NCBI GenBank assembly: GCA_964016885.1
Contig: CAXHJY010000264.1
Location: forward strand, 434,001-498,000
Direction: 5' to 3'
Origin: Eledone cirrhosa
Lineage: Eukaryota
Length of the DNA: 64,000 nt
Part shown: piece by piece, positions 29,036 to 45,255 of the stretch
How the letters are laid out: every line of letters begins with the position of its first letter
Numbering within the stretch: the stretch's first letter is position 1
Notes under the pieces: generated by a model
Databases searched by the model: none
Told to the model about the DNA's origin: nothing
What the model saw: the letters and a program-made list of their open reading frames with translations, nothing else
Made by a program: the position numbers and the translations under genes

Positions 29036-32000
29036 ATACCTAGTTTCTCTCTCAGTCCATCCATACACATCACATGTCTATACCAACAGTCTCCTCTCCT
29101 ACACACTACATCTGATTTCTCTTATACTTAGTTTCTTTCCCAGTTCATCCATACACATCACATGTCTATACCAACAGTCTCCTCTCCTACACACTACATC
29201 TGATACCTCTTATACCTAGTTTCTCTCTCCATCCATACACATCACATGTCTATACCAACGCATTCTCCTCTCCTACACACTACATCTGATTCCTCTTATA
29301 CCTAGTCTCTCTCTCAGTTCATCCATACACATCACATGTCTATACCAACACAGTCTCCTCTCCTACATCTCATTCCTCTTATACCTAGTTTCTCTCTCAG
29401 TCCATCCATACACATCACATGTCTATACCAGCAGTCTCCTCTCCTACACACTACATATGATTCCTCTTATACCTAGTTTCTCTCTCCATCCATACACATC
29501 ACATGTCTATACCAACACAGTCTCCTCTCCTACACACTACATCTGATTCCTCTTATACCTAGTTTCTCTCTCAGTTCATCCATAAACATCACATGTCTAT
29601 ACCAACATAGTCTCCTCTCCTACACTCTACATCTGATTCCTCTTATACATAGTTTCACTCTCAGTCCATGCATACACATCACATGTCTATACCAACAAAG
29701 TCTCCTCTCCTACACACTACATCTTAGTCCTCTTATACCTATTTTCTCTCTCAGTCCATCCATACACATCACATGTCTATACCAACACAGTCTCCTCTCC
29801 TACACACTACATCTGATTCCTCTTATACCTAGTTTCTCTCTCAGTCCATCCATACACATCACATGTCTATACCAACACAGTCTCCTCTATCTGATTCCTC
29901 TTATACCTAGTTTCTCTCTCAGTTCATTCATACACATCACATGTCTATACCAACACAGTTTCCTCTCCTACACACTACATCTGATTTCTCTTATACTTAG
30001 TTTCTCTCCCAATTCATCAATACACATCACATGTCTATACCAACACAGTCTCCTCTCCTACACACTACATCTGATTCCTCTTATACCTAGTTTCTCTCTC
30101 AGTTCATCCATACACATCACATGTCTATAGCAACATAGTCTCCTCTCCTACACACTACATCTTAGTCCTCTTATACCTATTTTCTCTCTCAGTCCATCCA
30201 TACACATCACATGTCTATACCAACACAGTCTCCTCTCCTACACACTACATCTGATTCCTCTTATACCTAGTTTCTCTCTCAGTCCATCCATACACATCAC
30301 ATGTCTATACCAACACAGTCTCCTCTATCTGATTCCTCTTATACCTAGTTTCTCTCTCAGTTCATTCATACACATCACATGTCTATACCAACACAGTTTC
30401 CTCTCCTACACACTACATCTGATTTCTCTTATACTTAGTTTCTCTCCCAATTCATCAATACACATCACATGTCTATACCAACACAGTCTCCTCTCCTACA
30501 CACTACATCTGATTCCTCTTATACCTAGTTTCTCTCTCAGTTCATCCATACACATCACATGTCTATAGCAACATAGTCTCCTCTCCTACACACTACATCT
30601 GATTCCTCTTATACCTAGTTTCTCTCCCAATTCATCCATACACATCACATGTCTATACCAATACAGTCTCCTCTCCTACACACTACATCTGATTCCTCTT
30701 ATACCTAGTTTCTCTCTCAGTTCATCCATAAACATCACATGTCTATACCAACATAGTCTCCTCTCCTACACTCTACATCTGATTCCTCTTATACCTAGTT
30801 TCTCTCTCAGTCCATCCATACACATCACATGTCTATACCAACACAGTCTCCTCTCCTACACACTACATCTGATTTCTCTTATACTTAGTTTCTTTCCCAG
30901 TTCATCCATACACATCACATGTCTATACCAACAGTCTCCTCTCTTACACACTACATCTGATACCTCTTATACCTAGTTTCTCTCTCCATCCATACACATC
31001 ACATGTCTATACCAACGCATTCTCCTCTCCTACACACTACATCTGATTCCTCTTATACCTAGTCTCTCTCTCAGTTCATCCATACACATCACATGTCTAT
31101 ACCAACACAGTCTCCTCTCCTACATCTCATTCCTCTTATACCTAGTTTCTCTCTCAGTCCATCCATACACATCACATGTCTATACAAACACAGTCTCCTC
31201 TCCTACACACTACATCTGATTCCTTTTATACCTAGTTTCTCCCAGTTCATCCATACACATCACATGTCTATACCAACAGTCTCCTCTCCTACACACTACA
31301 TCTGATACCTCTTATACCTAGTTTCTCTCTCAGTTCATCCATACACATCACATGTCTATACCAACGCAGTCTCCTCTCCTACACACTACATCTGATTCCT
31401 CTTATACCTAGTTTCTCTCTCAGTTCATCCATACACATCACATGTCTATACCAACACAGTCTCCTCTCCTACACACTACATCTGATTCCTTTTATACCTA
31501 GTTTCTCTCAGTTCATCCATACACATCACATGACTATACCAACAGTCTCCTCTCATACACACTACATCTGATTCCTCTTATACCTAGTCTCTCTCTCAGT
31601 TCATCCATACACATCACATGTCTATAGCAACACAGTCTTCTCTCCTACTAACTACATCTGATTCCTCTTATACCTAGTTTCTCTCTCAGTTCATCCATAC
31701 ACATCATATGTCTATACCAACACAGTCTCCTCTGCTACACACTACATCTGATTCCTCTTATACCTAGTTTCTCTCTCCATCCATACACATCACATGTCTA
31801 TACCAACACAGTCTTCTCTCCTACACACTACATCTGATTCCTCTTATACCTAGTCTCTCTCTCAGTTCATCCATACACATCACATGTCTATACCAACACA
31901 GTCTCCTCTCCTACATCTCATTCCTCTTATACCTAGTTTCTCTCTCAGTCCATCCATACACATCACATGTCTATACCAGCAGTCTCCTCTCCTACACACT

Positions 32001-34407
32001 ACATATGATTCCTCTTATACCTAGTTTCTCTCTCCATCCATACACATCACATGTCTATACCAACACAGTCTCCTCTCCTACACACTACATCTGATTCCTC
32101 TTATACCTAGTTTCTCTCTCAGTTCATCCATAAACATCACATGTCTATACCAACATAGTCTCCTCTCCTACACTCTACATCTGATTCCTCTTATACATAG
32201 TTTCACTCTCAGTCCATGCATACACATCACATGTCTATACCAACAAAGTCTCCTCTCCTACACACTACATCTTAGTCCTCTTATACCTATTTTCTCTCTC
32301 AGTCCATCCATACACATCACATGTCTATACCAACACAGTCTCCTCTCCTACACACTACATCTGATTCCTCTTATACCTAGTTTCTCTCTCAGTCCATCCA
32401 TACACATCACATGTCTATACCAACACAGTCTCCTCTATCTGATTCCTCTTATACCTAGTTTCTCTCTCAGTTCATTCATACACATCACATGTCTATACCA
32501 ACACAGTTTCCTCTCCTACACACTACATCTGATTTCTCTTATACTTAGTTTCTCTCCCAATTCATCAATACACATCACATGTCTATACCAACACAGTCTC
32601 CTCTCCTACACACTACATCTGATTCCTCTTATACCTAGTTTCTCTCTCAGTTCATCCATACACATCACATGTCTATAGCAACATAGTCTCCTCTCCTACA
32701 CACTACATCTGATTCCTCTTATACCTAGTTTCTCTCCCAATTCATCCATACACATCACATGTCTATACCAATACAGTCTCCTCTCCTACACACTACATCT
32801 GATTCCTCTTATACCTAGTTTCTCTCTCAGTTCATCCATAAACATCACATGTCTATACCAACATAGTCTCCTCTCCTACACTCTACATCTGATTCCTCTT
32901 ATACCTAGTTTCTCTCTCAGTCCATCCATACACATCACATGTCTATACCAACACAGTCTCCTCTCCTACATCTGATTCCTCTTATACCTAGTTTCTCTCT
33001 CAGTTCATTCATACACATCACATGTCTATACCAACACAGTTTCCTCTCCTACACACTACATCTGATTTCTCTTATACTTAGTTTCTCTCCCAATTCATCC
33101 ATACACATCACATGTCTATACCAACACAGTCTCCTCTCCTACACACTACATCTGATTCCTCTTATACCTAGTTTCTCTCTCAGTTCATCCATACACATCA
33201 CATGTCTATAGCAACATAGTCTCCTCTCCTACACACTACATCTGATTCCTCTTATACCTAGTTTCTCTCCCAATTCATCCATACACATCACATGTCTATA
33301 CCAACACAGTCTCCTCTCCTACACACTACATCTGATTCCTCTTATACCTAGTTTCTCTCTCAGTTCATCCATAAACATCACATGACTATACCAACATAGT
33401 CTCCTCTCCTACACTCTACATCTGATTCCTCTTATACATAGTTTCACTCTCAGTCCATGCATACACATCACATGTCTATACCAACAAAGTCTCCTCTCCT
33501 ACACACTACATCTGATGCCTCTTATACCTATTTTCTCTCTCAGTCCATCCATACACATCACATGTCTATACAAACACAGTCTCCTCTCCTACACACTACA
33601 TCTGATTCCTTTTATACCTAGTTTCTCCCAGTTCATCCATACACATCACATGTCTATACCAACAGTCTCCTCTCCTACACACTACATCTGATACCTCTTA
33701 TACCTAGTTTCTCTCTCAGTTCATCCATACACATCACATGTCTATACCAACGCAGTCTCCTCTCCTACACACTACATCTGATTCCTCTTATACCTAGTTT
33801 CTCTCTCAGTTCATCCATACACATCACATGTCTATACCAACACAGTCTCCTCTCCTACACACTACATCTGATTCCTTTTATACCTAGTTTCTCTCAGTTC
33901 ATCCATACACATCACATGACTATACCAACAGTCTCCTCTCATACACACTACATCTGATTCCTCTTATACCTAGTCTCTCTCTCAGTTCATTCATACACAT
34001 CACATGTCTATAGCAACACAGTCTTCTCTCCTACTAACTACATCTGATTCCTCTTATACCTAGTTTCTCTCTCAGTTCATCCATACACATCATATGTCTA
34101 TACCAACACAGTCTCCTCTGCTACACACTACATCTGATTCCTCTTATACCTAGTTTCTCTCTCCATCCATACACATCACATGTCTATACCAACACAGTCT
34201 TCTCTCCTACACACTACATCTGATTCCTCTTATACCTAGTCTCTCTCTCAGTCCATCCATACACATCACATGTCTATATCAACGCAGTCTCCTCTCCTAC
34301 ACATTACATCTGATTCCTCTTATACCTAGTTTCTCTCTTAGTTCATTCATACACATCACATGTCTATACCAACACAGTCTCCTCTCCTACATCTGATTCC
34401 TCTTATA

Positions 34408-35053
34408 ATAATAATAATAATGAAATTATTGTGTACAGTGCTCAGGTGCACTACAACTCATCAAAGGTGCATGTATAGTACATAGAATAATGTACAAATG
34501 TCAGGAAAATAAACAGTGTATGAGTCATGATATAATAACAATAACGAAATATTGTGCACAGTGCCCAGGTGCACCACAACTCATCAAAAAAGTGCATGTA
34601 CAGTACATAGGGCAATGCACAAACATCAGTAAAATGAACAGTGCACGAGTCATGATACACACGTGTGCATGTGTATGGAAGGGGTACATCAGGTGTAGTT
34701 TTGGCGTATTTTGGGAAGCATGAGTGTCTTAAAGGATGCAGTGTCTCGGCAGCTAACAATTGACGCAGGCAGTTTGTTCCATGCTTCAGCAACTCTGAGC
34801 GTGAAAAAATGTCTGCGAAAGTCATGGGAGCTGTGCTGTTTTCTTATCTTGTAGGCATGTCCACGTGTGTTAGACACATGGAGATCAAAGAGGCGCTCAG
34901 GGCTGCAGTTGGCGAGATGGTTAAAAACTTTGTGGGTATTCACCAAGTCCATTGCCAGACGTCGAAGCTTCAATGAATCCATGCCCAGGGAAGCAAGGCG
35001 TTCAGAGTATGGTAGGTGACTGATGGAGAGTATGCGCTTGGTTGCACGTCTCT
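34408..35053 (-). mobile_element. CR1-clade LINE 3' fragment, copy 5
   Basis: Same 646-bp sequence and junctions. Confidence 0.95.
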
Positions 35054-38000
35054 ATACCTAGTTTCTCTCTCAGTCCATCCATACACATCACATGTCTATA
35101 CCAACAGTCTCCTCTCCTACACACTACATCTGATTTCTCTTATACTTAGTTTCTTTCCCAGTTCATCCATACACATCACATGTCTATACCAACAGTCTCC
35201 TCTCCTACACACTACATCTGATACCTCTTATACCTAGTTTCTCTCTCCATCCATACACATCACATGTCTATACCAACGCATTCTCCTCTCCTACACACTA
35301 CATCTGATTCCTCTTATACCTAGTCTCTCTCTCAGTTCATCCATACACATCACATGTCTATACCAACACAGTCTCCTCTCCTACATCTCATTCCTCTTAT
35401 ACCTAGTTTCTCTCTCAGTCCATCCATACACATCACATGTCTATACCAGCAGTCTCCTCTCCTACACACTACATATGATTCCTCTTATACCTAGTTTCTC
35501 TCTCCATCCATACACATCACATGTCTATACCAACACAGTCTCCTCTCCTACACACTACATCTGATTCCTCTTATACCTAGTTTCTCTCTCAGTTCATCCA
35601 TAAACATCACATGTCTATACCAACATAGTCTCCTCTCCTACACTCTACATCTGATTCCTCTTATACATAGTTTCACTCTCAGTCCATGCATACACATCAC
35701 ATGTCTATACCAACAAAGTCTCCTCTCCTACACACTACATCTTAGTCCTCTTATACCTATTTTCTCTCTCAGTCCATCCATACACATCACATGTCTATAC
35801 CAACACAGTCTCCTCTCCTACACACTACATCTGATTCCTCTTATACCTAGTTTCTCTCTCAGTCCATCCATACACATCACATGTCTATACCAACACAGTC
35901 TCCTCTATCTGATTCCTCTTATACCTAGTTTCTCTCTCAGTTCATTCATACACATCACATGTCTATACCAACACAGTTTCCTCTCCTACACACTACATCT
36001 GATTTCTCTTATACTTAGTTTCTCTCCCAATTCATCAATACACATCACATGTCTATACCAACACAGTCTCCTCTCCTACACACTACATCTGATTCCTCTT
36101 ATACCTAGTTTCTCTCTCAGTTCATCCATACACATCACATGTCTATAGCAACATAGTCTCCTCTCCTACACACTACATCTGATTCCTCTTATACCTAGTT
36201 TCTCTCCCAATTCATCCATACACATCACATGTCTATACCAATACAGTCTCCTCTCCTACACACTACATCTGATTCCTCTTATACCTAGTTTCTCTCTCAG
36301 TTCATCCATAAACATCACATGTCTATACCAACATAGTCTCCTCTCCTACACTCTACATCTGATTCCTCTTATACCTAGTTTCTCTCTCAGTCCATCCATA
36401 CACATCACATGTCTATACCAACACAGTCTCCTCTCCTACACACTACATCTGATTTCTCTTATACTTAGTTTCTTTCCCAGTTCATCCATACACATCACAT
36501 GTCTATACCAACAGTCTCCTCTCTTACACACTACATCTGATACCTCTTATACCTAGTTTCTCTCTCCATCCATACACATCACATGTCTATACCAACGCAT
36601 TCTCCTCTCCTACACACTACATCTGATTCCTCTTATACCTAGTCTCTCTCTCAGTTCATCCATACACATCACATGTCTATACCAACACAGTCTCCTCTCC
36701 TACATCTCATTCCTCTTATACCTAGTTTCTCTCTCAGTCCATCCATACACATCACATGTCTATACCAGCAGTCTCCTCTCCTACACACTACATATGATTC
36801 CTCTTATACCTAGTTTCTCTCTCCATCCATACACATCACATGTCTATACCAACACAGTCTCCTCTCCTACACACTACATCTGATTCCTCTTATACCTAGT
36901 TTCTCTCTCAGTTCATCCATAAACATCACATGTCTATACCAACATAGTCTCCTCTCCTACACTCTACATCTGATTCCTCTTATACATAGTTTCACTCTCA
37001 GTCCATGCATACACATCACATGTCTATACCAACAAAGTCTCCTCTCCTACACACTACATCTTAGTCCTCTTATACCTATTTTCTCTCTCAGTCCATCCAT
37101 ACACATCACATGTCTATACCAACACAGTCTCCTCTCCTACACACTACATCTGATTCCTCTTATACCTAGTTTCTCTCTCAGTCCATCCATACACATCACA
37201 TGTCTATACCAACACAGTCTCCTCTATCTGATTCCTCTTATACCTAGTTTCTCTCTCAGTTCATTCATACACATCACATGTCTATACCAACACAGTTTCC
37301 TCTCCTACACACTACATCTGATTTCTCTTATACTTAGTTTCTCTCCCAATTCATCAATACACATCACATGTCTATACCAACACAGTCTCCTCTCCTACAC
37401 ACTACATCTGATTCCTCTTATACCTAGTTTCTCTCTCAGTTCATCCATACACATCACATGTCTATAGCAACATAGTCTCCTCTCCTACACACTACATCTG
37501 ATTCCTCTTATACCTAGTTTCTCTCCCAATTCATCCATACACATCACATGTCTATACCAATACAGTCTCCTCTCCTACACACTACATCTGATTCCTCTTA
37601 TACCTAGTTTCTCTCTCAGTTCATCCATAAACATCACATGTCTATACCAACATAGTCTCCTCTCCTACACTCTACATCTGATTCCTCTTATACCTAGTTT
37701 CTCTCTCAGTCCATCCATACACATCACATGTCTATACCAACACAGTCTCCTCTCCTACACACTACATCTGATTTCTCTTATACTTAGTTTCTTTCCCAGT
37801 TCATCCATACACATCACATGTCTATACCAACAGTCTCCTCTCTTACACACTACATCTGATACCTCTTATACCTAGTTTCTCTCTCCATCCATACACATCA
37901 CATGTCTATACCAACGCATTCTCCTCTCCTACACACTACATCTGATTCCTCTTATACCTAGTCTCTCTCTCAGTTCATCCATACACATCACATGTCTATA

Positions 38001-38920
38001 CCAACACAGTCTCCTCTCCTACATCTCATTCCTCTTATACCTAGTTTCTCTCTCAGTCCATCCATACACATCACATGTCTATACAAACACAGTCTCCTCT
38101 CCTACACACTACATCTGATTCCTTTTATACCTAGTTTCTCCCAGTTCATCCATACACATCACATGTCTATACCAACAGTCTCCTCTCCTACACACTACAT
38201 CTGATACCTCTTATACCTAGTTTCTCTCTCAGTTCATCCATACACATCACATGTCTATACCAACGCAGTCTCCTCTCCTACACACTACATCTGATTCCTC
38301 TTATACCTAGTTTCTCTCTCAGTTCATCCATACACATCACATGTCTATACCAACACAGTCTCCTCTCCTACACACTACATCTGATTCCTTTTATACCTAG
38401 TTTCTCTCAGTTCATCCATACACATCACATGACTATACCAACAGTCTCCTCTCATACACACTACATCTGATTCCTCTTATACCTAGTCTCTCTCTCAGTT
38501 CATCCATACACATCACATGTCTATAGCAACACAGTCTTCTCTCCTACTAACTACATCTGATTCCTCTTATACCTAGTTTCTCTCTCAGTTCATCCATACA
38601 CATCATATGTCTATACCAACACAGTCTCCTCTGCTACACACTACATCTGATTCCTCTTATACCTAGTTTCTCTCTCCATCCATACACATCACATGTCTAT
38701 ACCAACACAGTCTTCTCTCCTACACACTACATCTGATTCCTCTTATACCTAGTCTCTCTCTCAGTCCATCCATACACATCACATGTCTATATCAACGCAG
38801 TCTCCTCTCCTACACATTACATCTGATTCCTCTTATACCTAGTTTCTCTCTTAGTTCATTCATACACATCACATGTCTATACCAACACAGTCTCCTCTCC
38901 TACATCTGATTCCTCTTATA

Positions 38921-39566
38921 ATAATAATAATAATGAAATTATTGTGTACAGTGCTCAGGTGCACTACAACTCATCAAAGGTGCATGTATAGTACATAGAA
39001 TAATGTACAAATGTCAGGAAAATAAACAGTGTATGAGTCATGATATAATAACAATAACGAAATATTGTGCACAGTGCCCAGGTGCACCACAACTCATCAA
39101 AAAAGTGCATGTACAGTACATAGGGCAATGCACAAACATCAGTAAAATGAACAGTGCACGAGTCATGATACACACGTGTGCATGTGTATGGAAGGGGTAC
39201 ATCAGGTGTAGTTTTGGCGTATTTTGGGAAGCATGAGTGTCTTAAAGGATGCAGTGTCTCGGCAGCTAACAATTGACGCAGGCAGTTTGTTCCATGCTTC
39301 AGCAACTCTGAGCGTGAAAAAATGTCTGCGAAAGTCATGGGAGCTGTGCTGTTTTCTTATCTTGTAGGCATGTCCACGTGTGTTAGACACATGGAGATCA
39401 AAGAGGCGCTCAGGGCTGCAGTTGGCGAGATGGTTAAAAACTTTGTGGGTATTCACCAAGTCCATTGCCAGACGTCGAAGCTTCAATGAATCCATGCCCA
39501 GGGAAGCAAGGCGTTCAGAGTATGGTAGGTGACTGATGGAGAGTATGCGCTTGGTTGCACGTCTCT
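38921..39566 (-). mobile_element. CR1-clade LINE 3' fragment, copy 6
   Basis: Same 646-bp sequence and junctions. Confidence 0.95.
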
Positions 39567-40779
39567 ATACCTAGTTTCTCTCTCAGTCCATCCATACACA
39601 TCACATGTCTATACCAACAGTCTCCTCTCCTACACACTACATCTGATTTCTCTTATACTTAGTTTCTTTCCCAGTTCATCCATACACATCACATGTCTAT
39701 ACCAACAGTCTCCTCTCCTACACACTACATCTGATACCTCTTATACCTAGTTTCTCTCTCCATCCATACACATCACATGTCTATACCAACGCATTCTCCT
39801 CTCCTACACACTACATCTGATTCCTCTTATACCTAGTCTCTCTCTCAGTTCATCCATACACATCACATGTCTATACCAACACAGTCTCCTCTCCTACATC
39901 TCATTCCTCTTATACCTAGTTTCTCTCTCAGTCCATCCATACACATCAAATGTCTATACCAGCAGTCTCCTCTCCTACACACTACATATGATTCCTCTTA
40001 TACCTAGTTTCTCTCTCCATCCATACACATCACATGTCTATACCAACACAGTCTCCTCTCCTACACACTACATCTGATTCCTCTTATACCTAGTTTCTCT
40101 CTCAGTTCATCCATAAACATCACATGTCTATACCAACATAGTCTCCTCTCCTACACTCTACATCTGATTCCTCTTATACATAGTTTCACTCTCAGTCCAT
40201 GCATACACATCACATGGCTATACCAACAAAGTCTCCTCTCCTACACACTACATCTTAGTCCTCTTATACCTATTTTCTCTCTCAGTCCATCCATACACAT
40301 CACATGTCTATACCAACACAGTCTCCTCTCCTACACACTACATCTGATTCCTCTTATACCTAGTTTCTCTCTCAGTCCATCCATACACATCACATGTCTA
40401 TACCAACACAGTCTCCTCTATCTGATTCCTCTTATACCTAGTTTCTCTCTCAGTTAATTCATACACATCACATGTCTATACCAACACAGTTTCCTCTCCT
40501 ACACACTACATCTGATTTCTCTTATACTTAGTTTCTTTCCCAGTTCATCCATACACATCACATGTCTATACAAACACAGTCTCCTCTCCTACACACTACA
40601 TATGATTCCTCTTATACGTAGTTTCTCTCTCCATCCATACACATCACATGTCTATACCAATACAGTCTCCTCTCATACACACTACATCTGATTCCTCTTA
40701 TACCTAGTTTCTCTCCCAGTTCATCCATACACATCATATGTCTATACCAACGCAGTCTCCTCTCCTACACACTACATCT

Positions 40780-41300
40780 GATTCCTCTCATACCTAGTTT
40801 CTGTTTCCATCCATACACATCACATGTCTATACCAACAGTCTCCTCTCCTACACACTACATCTGATTTCTCTTATACTTAGTTTCTTTCCCAGTTCATCC
40901 ATACACATCACATGTCTATACCAACACAGTCTCCTCTCCTACACACTACATCTGATTCCTCTCATACCTAGTTTCTGTTTCCATCCATACACATCACATG
41001 TCTATACCAACAGTCTCCTCTCCTACACACTACATCTGATTTCTCTTATACTTAGTTTCTTTCCCAGTTCATCCATACACATCACATGTCTATACCAACA
41101 CAGTCTCCTCTCCTACACACTACATCTGATTCCTCTCATACCTAGTTTCTGTTTCCATCCATACACATCACATGTCTATACCAACAGTCTCCTCTCCTAC
41201 ACACTACATCTGATTTCTCTTATACTTAGTTTCTTTCCCAGTTCATCCATACACATCACATGTCTATACCAACACAGTCTCCTCTCCTACACACTACATC
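40780..41300. repeat. Local satellite dimer (174 bp) repeated three times
   Basis: CTGTTTCC variant at 40801, 40975 and 41149, each followed by the GATTTCTC/CTTAG monomer. Confidence 0.85.
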
Positions 41301-42021
41301 TGATTCCTCTTATACATAGTTTCACTCTCAGTCCATGCATACACATCACATGTCTATACCAACAAAGTCTCCTCTCCTACACACTACATCTGATTCCTCT
41401 TATACCTATTTTCTCTCTCAGTCCATCCATACACATGACATGTCTATACCAACACAGTCTCCTCTCCTACACACTACATCTGATTTCTCTCATACTTAGT
41501 TTCTTTCCCAGTTCATCCATACACATCACATGTCTATACCAACAGTCTCCTCTCATACACACTACATCTGATTCCTCTTATACCTAGTCTCTCTCTCAGT
41601 TCATCCATACACATCACATGTCTATAGCAACACAGTCTTCTCTCCTACTAACTACATCTGATTCCTCTTATACCTAGTTTCTCTCTCAGTTCATCCATAC
41701 ACATCATATGTCTATACCAACACAGTCTCCTCTCCTACACACTACATCTGATTCCTCTTATACCTAGTTTCTCTCTCCATCCATACACATCACATGTCTA
41801 TACCAACACAGTCTTCTCTCCTACACACTACATCTGATTCCTCTTATACCTAGTCTCTCTCTCAGTCCATCCATACACATCACATGTCTATATCAACGCA
41901 GTCTCCTCTCCTACACATTACATCTGATTCCTCTTATACCTAGTTTCTCTCTTAGTTCATTCATACACATCACATGTCTATACCAACACAGTCTCCTCTC
42001 CTACATCTGATTCCTCTTATA

Positions 42022-42667
42022 ATAATAATAATAATGAAATTATTGTGTACAGTGCTCAGGTGCACTACAACTCATCAAAGGTGCATGTATAGTACATAGA
42101 ATAATGTACAAATGTCAGGAAAATAAACAGTGTATGAGTCATGATATAATAACAATAACGAAATATTGTGCACAGTGCCCAGGTGCACCACAACTCATCA
42201 AAAAAGTGCATGTACAGTACATAGGGCAATGCACAAACATCAGTAAAATGAACAGTGCACGAGTCACGATACACACGTGTGCATGTGTATGGAAGGGGTA
42301 CATCAGGTGTAGTTTTGGCGTATTTTGGGAAGCATGAGTGTCTTAAAGGATGCAGTGTCTCGGCAGCTAACAATTGACGCAGGCAGTTTGTTCCATGCTT
42401 CAGCAACTCTGAGCGTGAAAAAATGTCTGCGAAAGTCATGGGAGCTGTGCTGTTTTCTTATCTTGTAGGCATGTCCACGTGTGTTAGACACATGGAGATC
42501 AAAGAGGCGCTCAGGGCTGCAGTTGGCGAGATGGTTAAAAACTTTGTGGGTATTCACCAAGTCCATTGCCAGACGTCGAAGCTTCAATGAATCCATGCCC
42601 AGGGAAGCAAGGCGTTCAGAGTATGGTAGGTGACTGATGGAGAGTATGCGCTTGGTTGCACGTCTCT
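42022..42667 (-). mobile_element. CR1-clade LINE 3' fragment, copy 7
   Basis: Same junctions; private SNP GTCACGAT. Confidence 0.95.
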
Positions 42668-45255
42668 ATACCTAGTTTCTCTCTCAGTCCATCCATACAC
42701 ATCACATGTCTATACCAACAGTCTCCTCTCCTACACACTACATCTGATTTCTCTTATACTTAGTTTCTTTCCCAGTTCATCCATACACATCACATGTCTA
42801 TACCAACAGTCTCCTCTCCTACACACTACATCTGATACCTCTTATACCTAGTTTCTCTCTCCATCCATACACATCACATGTCTATACCAACGCATTCTCC
42901 TCTCCTACACACTACATCTGATTCCTCTTATACCTAGTCTCTCTCTCAGTTCATCCATACACATCACATGTCTATACCAACACAGTCTCCTCTCCTACAT
43001 CTCATTCCTCTTATACCTAGTTTCTCTCTCAGTCCATCCATACACATCACATGTCTATACCAGCAGTCTCCTCTCCTACACACTACATATGATTCCTCTT
43101 ATACCTAGTTTCTCTCTCCATCCATACACATCACATGTCTATACCAACACAGTCTCCTCTCCTACACACTACATCTGATTCCTCTTATACCTAGTTTCTC
43201 TCTCAGTTCATCCATAAACATCACATGTCTATACCAACATAGTCTCCTCTCCTACACTCTACATCTGATTCCTCTTATACATAGTTTCACTCTCAGTCCA
43301 TGCATACACATCACATGTCTATACCAACAAAGTCTCCTCTCCTACACACTACATCTTAGTCCTCTTATACCTATTTTCTCTCTCAGTCCATCCATACACA
43401 TCACATGTCTATACCAACACAGTCTCCTCTCCTACACACTACATCTGATTCCTCTTATACCTAGTTTCTCTCTCAGTCCATCCATACACATCACATGTCT
43501 ATACCAACACAGTCTCCTCTATCTGATTCCTCTTATACCTAGTTTCTCTCTCAGTTAATTCATACACATCACATGTCTATACCAACACAGTTTCCTCTCC
43601 TACACACTACATCTGATTTCTCTTATACTTAGTTTCTTTCCCAGTTCATCCATACACATCACATGTCTATACAAACACAGTCTCCTCTCCTACACACTAC
43701 ATCTGATTCCTCTTATACGTAGTTTCTCTCTCCATCCATACACATCACATGTCTATACCAATACAGTCTCCTCTCCTACACACTACATCTGATTCCTCTT
43801 ATACCTAGTTTCTCTCCCAGTTCATCCATACACATCACATGTCTATACCAACGCAGTCTCCTCTCCTACACACTACATCTGATTCCTCTCATACCTAGTT
43901 TCTGTTTCCATCCATACACATCACATGTCTATACCAACAGTCTCCTCTCCTACACACTACATCTGATTTCTCTTATACTTAGTTTCTTTCCCAGTTCATC
44001 CATACACATCACATGTCTATACCAACACAGTCTCCTCTCCTACACACTACATCTGATTCCTCTCATACCTAGTTTCTGTCTGTTTCCATCCATACACATC
44101 ACATGTCTATACCAACAGTCTCCTCTCCTACACACTACATCTGATTTCTCTTATACTTAGTTTCTTTCCCAGTTCATCCATACACATCACATGTCTATAC
44201 CAACACAGTCTCCTCTCCTACACACTACATCTGATTCCTCTTATACATAGTTTCACTCTCAGTCCATGCATACACATCACATGTCTATACCAACAAAGTC
44301 TCCTCTCCTACACACTACATCTGATTCCTCTTATACCTATTTTCTCTCTCAGTCCATCCATACACATCACATGTCTATACCAACACAGTCTCCTCTCCTA
44401 CACACTACATCTGATTTCTCTCATACTTAGTTTCTTTCCCAGTTCATCCATACACATCACATGTCTATACCAACAGTCTCCTCTCCTACACACTACATCT
44501 GATACCTCTTATACCTAGTTTCTCTCTCCATCCATACACATCACATGTCTATACCAACGCATTCTCCTCTCCTACACACTACATCTGATTCCTCTTATAC
44601 CTAGTCTCTCTCTCAGTTCATCCATACACATCACATGTCTATACCAACACAGTCTCCTCTCCTACATCTCATTCCTCTTATACCTAGTTTCTCTCTCAGT
44701 CCATCCATACACATCACATGTCTATACAAACACAGTCTCCTCTCCTACACACTACATCTGATTCCTTTTATACCTAGTTTCTCCCAGTTCATCCATACAC
44801 ATCACATGTCTATACCAACAGTCTCCTCTCCTACACACTACATCTGATACCTCTTATACCTAGTTTCTCTCTCAGTTCATCCATACACATCACATGTCTA
44901 TACCAACGCAGTCTCCTCTCCTACACACTACATCTGATTCCTCTTATACCTAGTTTCTCTCTCAGTTCATCCATACACATCACATGTCTATACCAACACA
45001 GTCTCCTCTCCTACACACTACATCTGATTCCTTTTATACCTAGTTTCTCTCAGTTCATCCATACACATCACATGACTATACCAACAGTCTCCTCTCATAC
45101 ACACTACATCTGATTCCTCTTATACCTAGTCTCTCTCTCAGTTCATCCATACACATCACATGTCTATAGCAACACAGTCTTCTCTCCTACATCTCATTCC
45201 TCTTATACCTAGTTTCTCTCTCAGTCCATCCATACACATCACATGTCTATACCAG

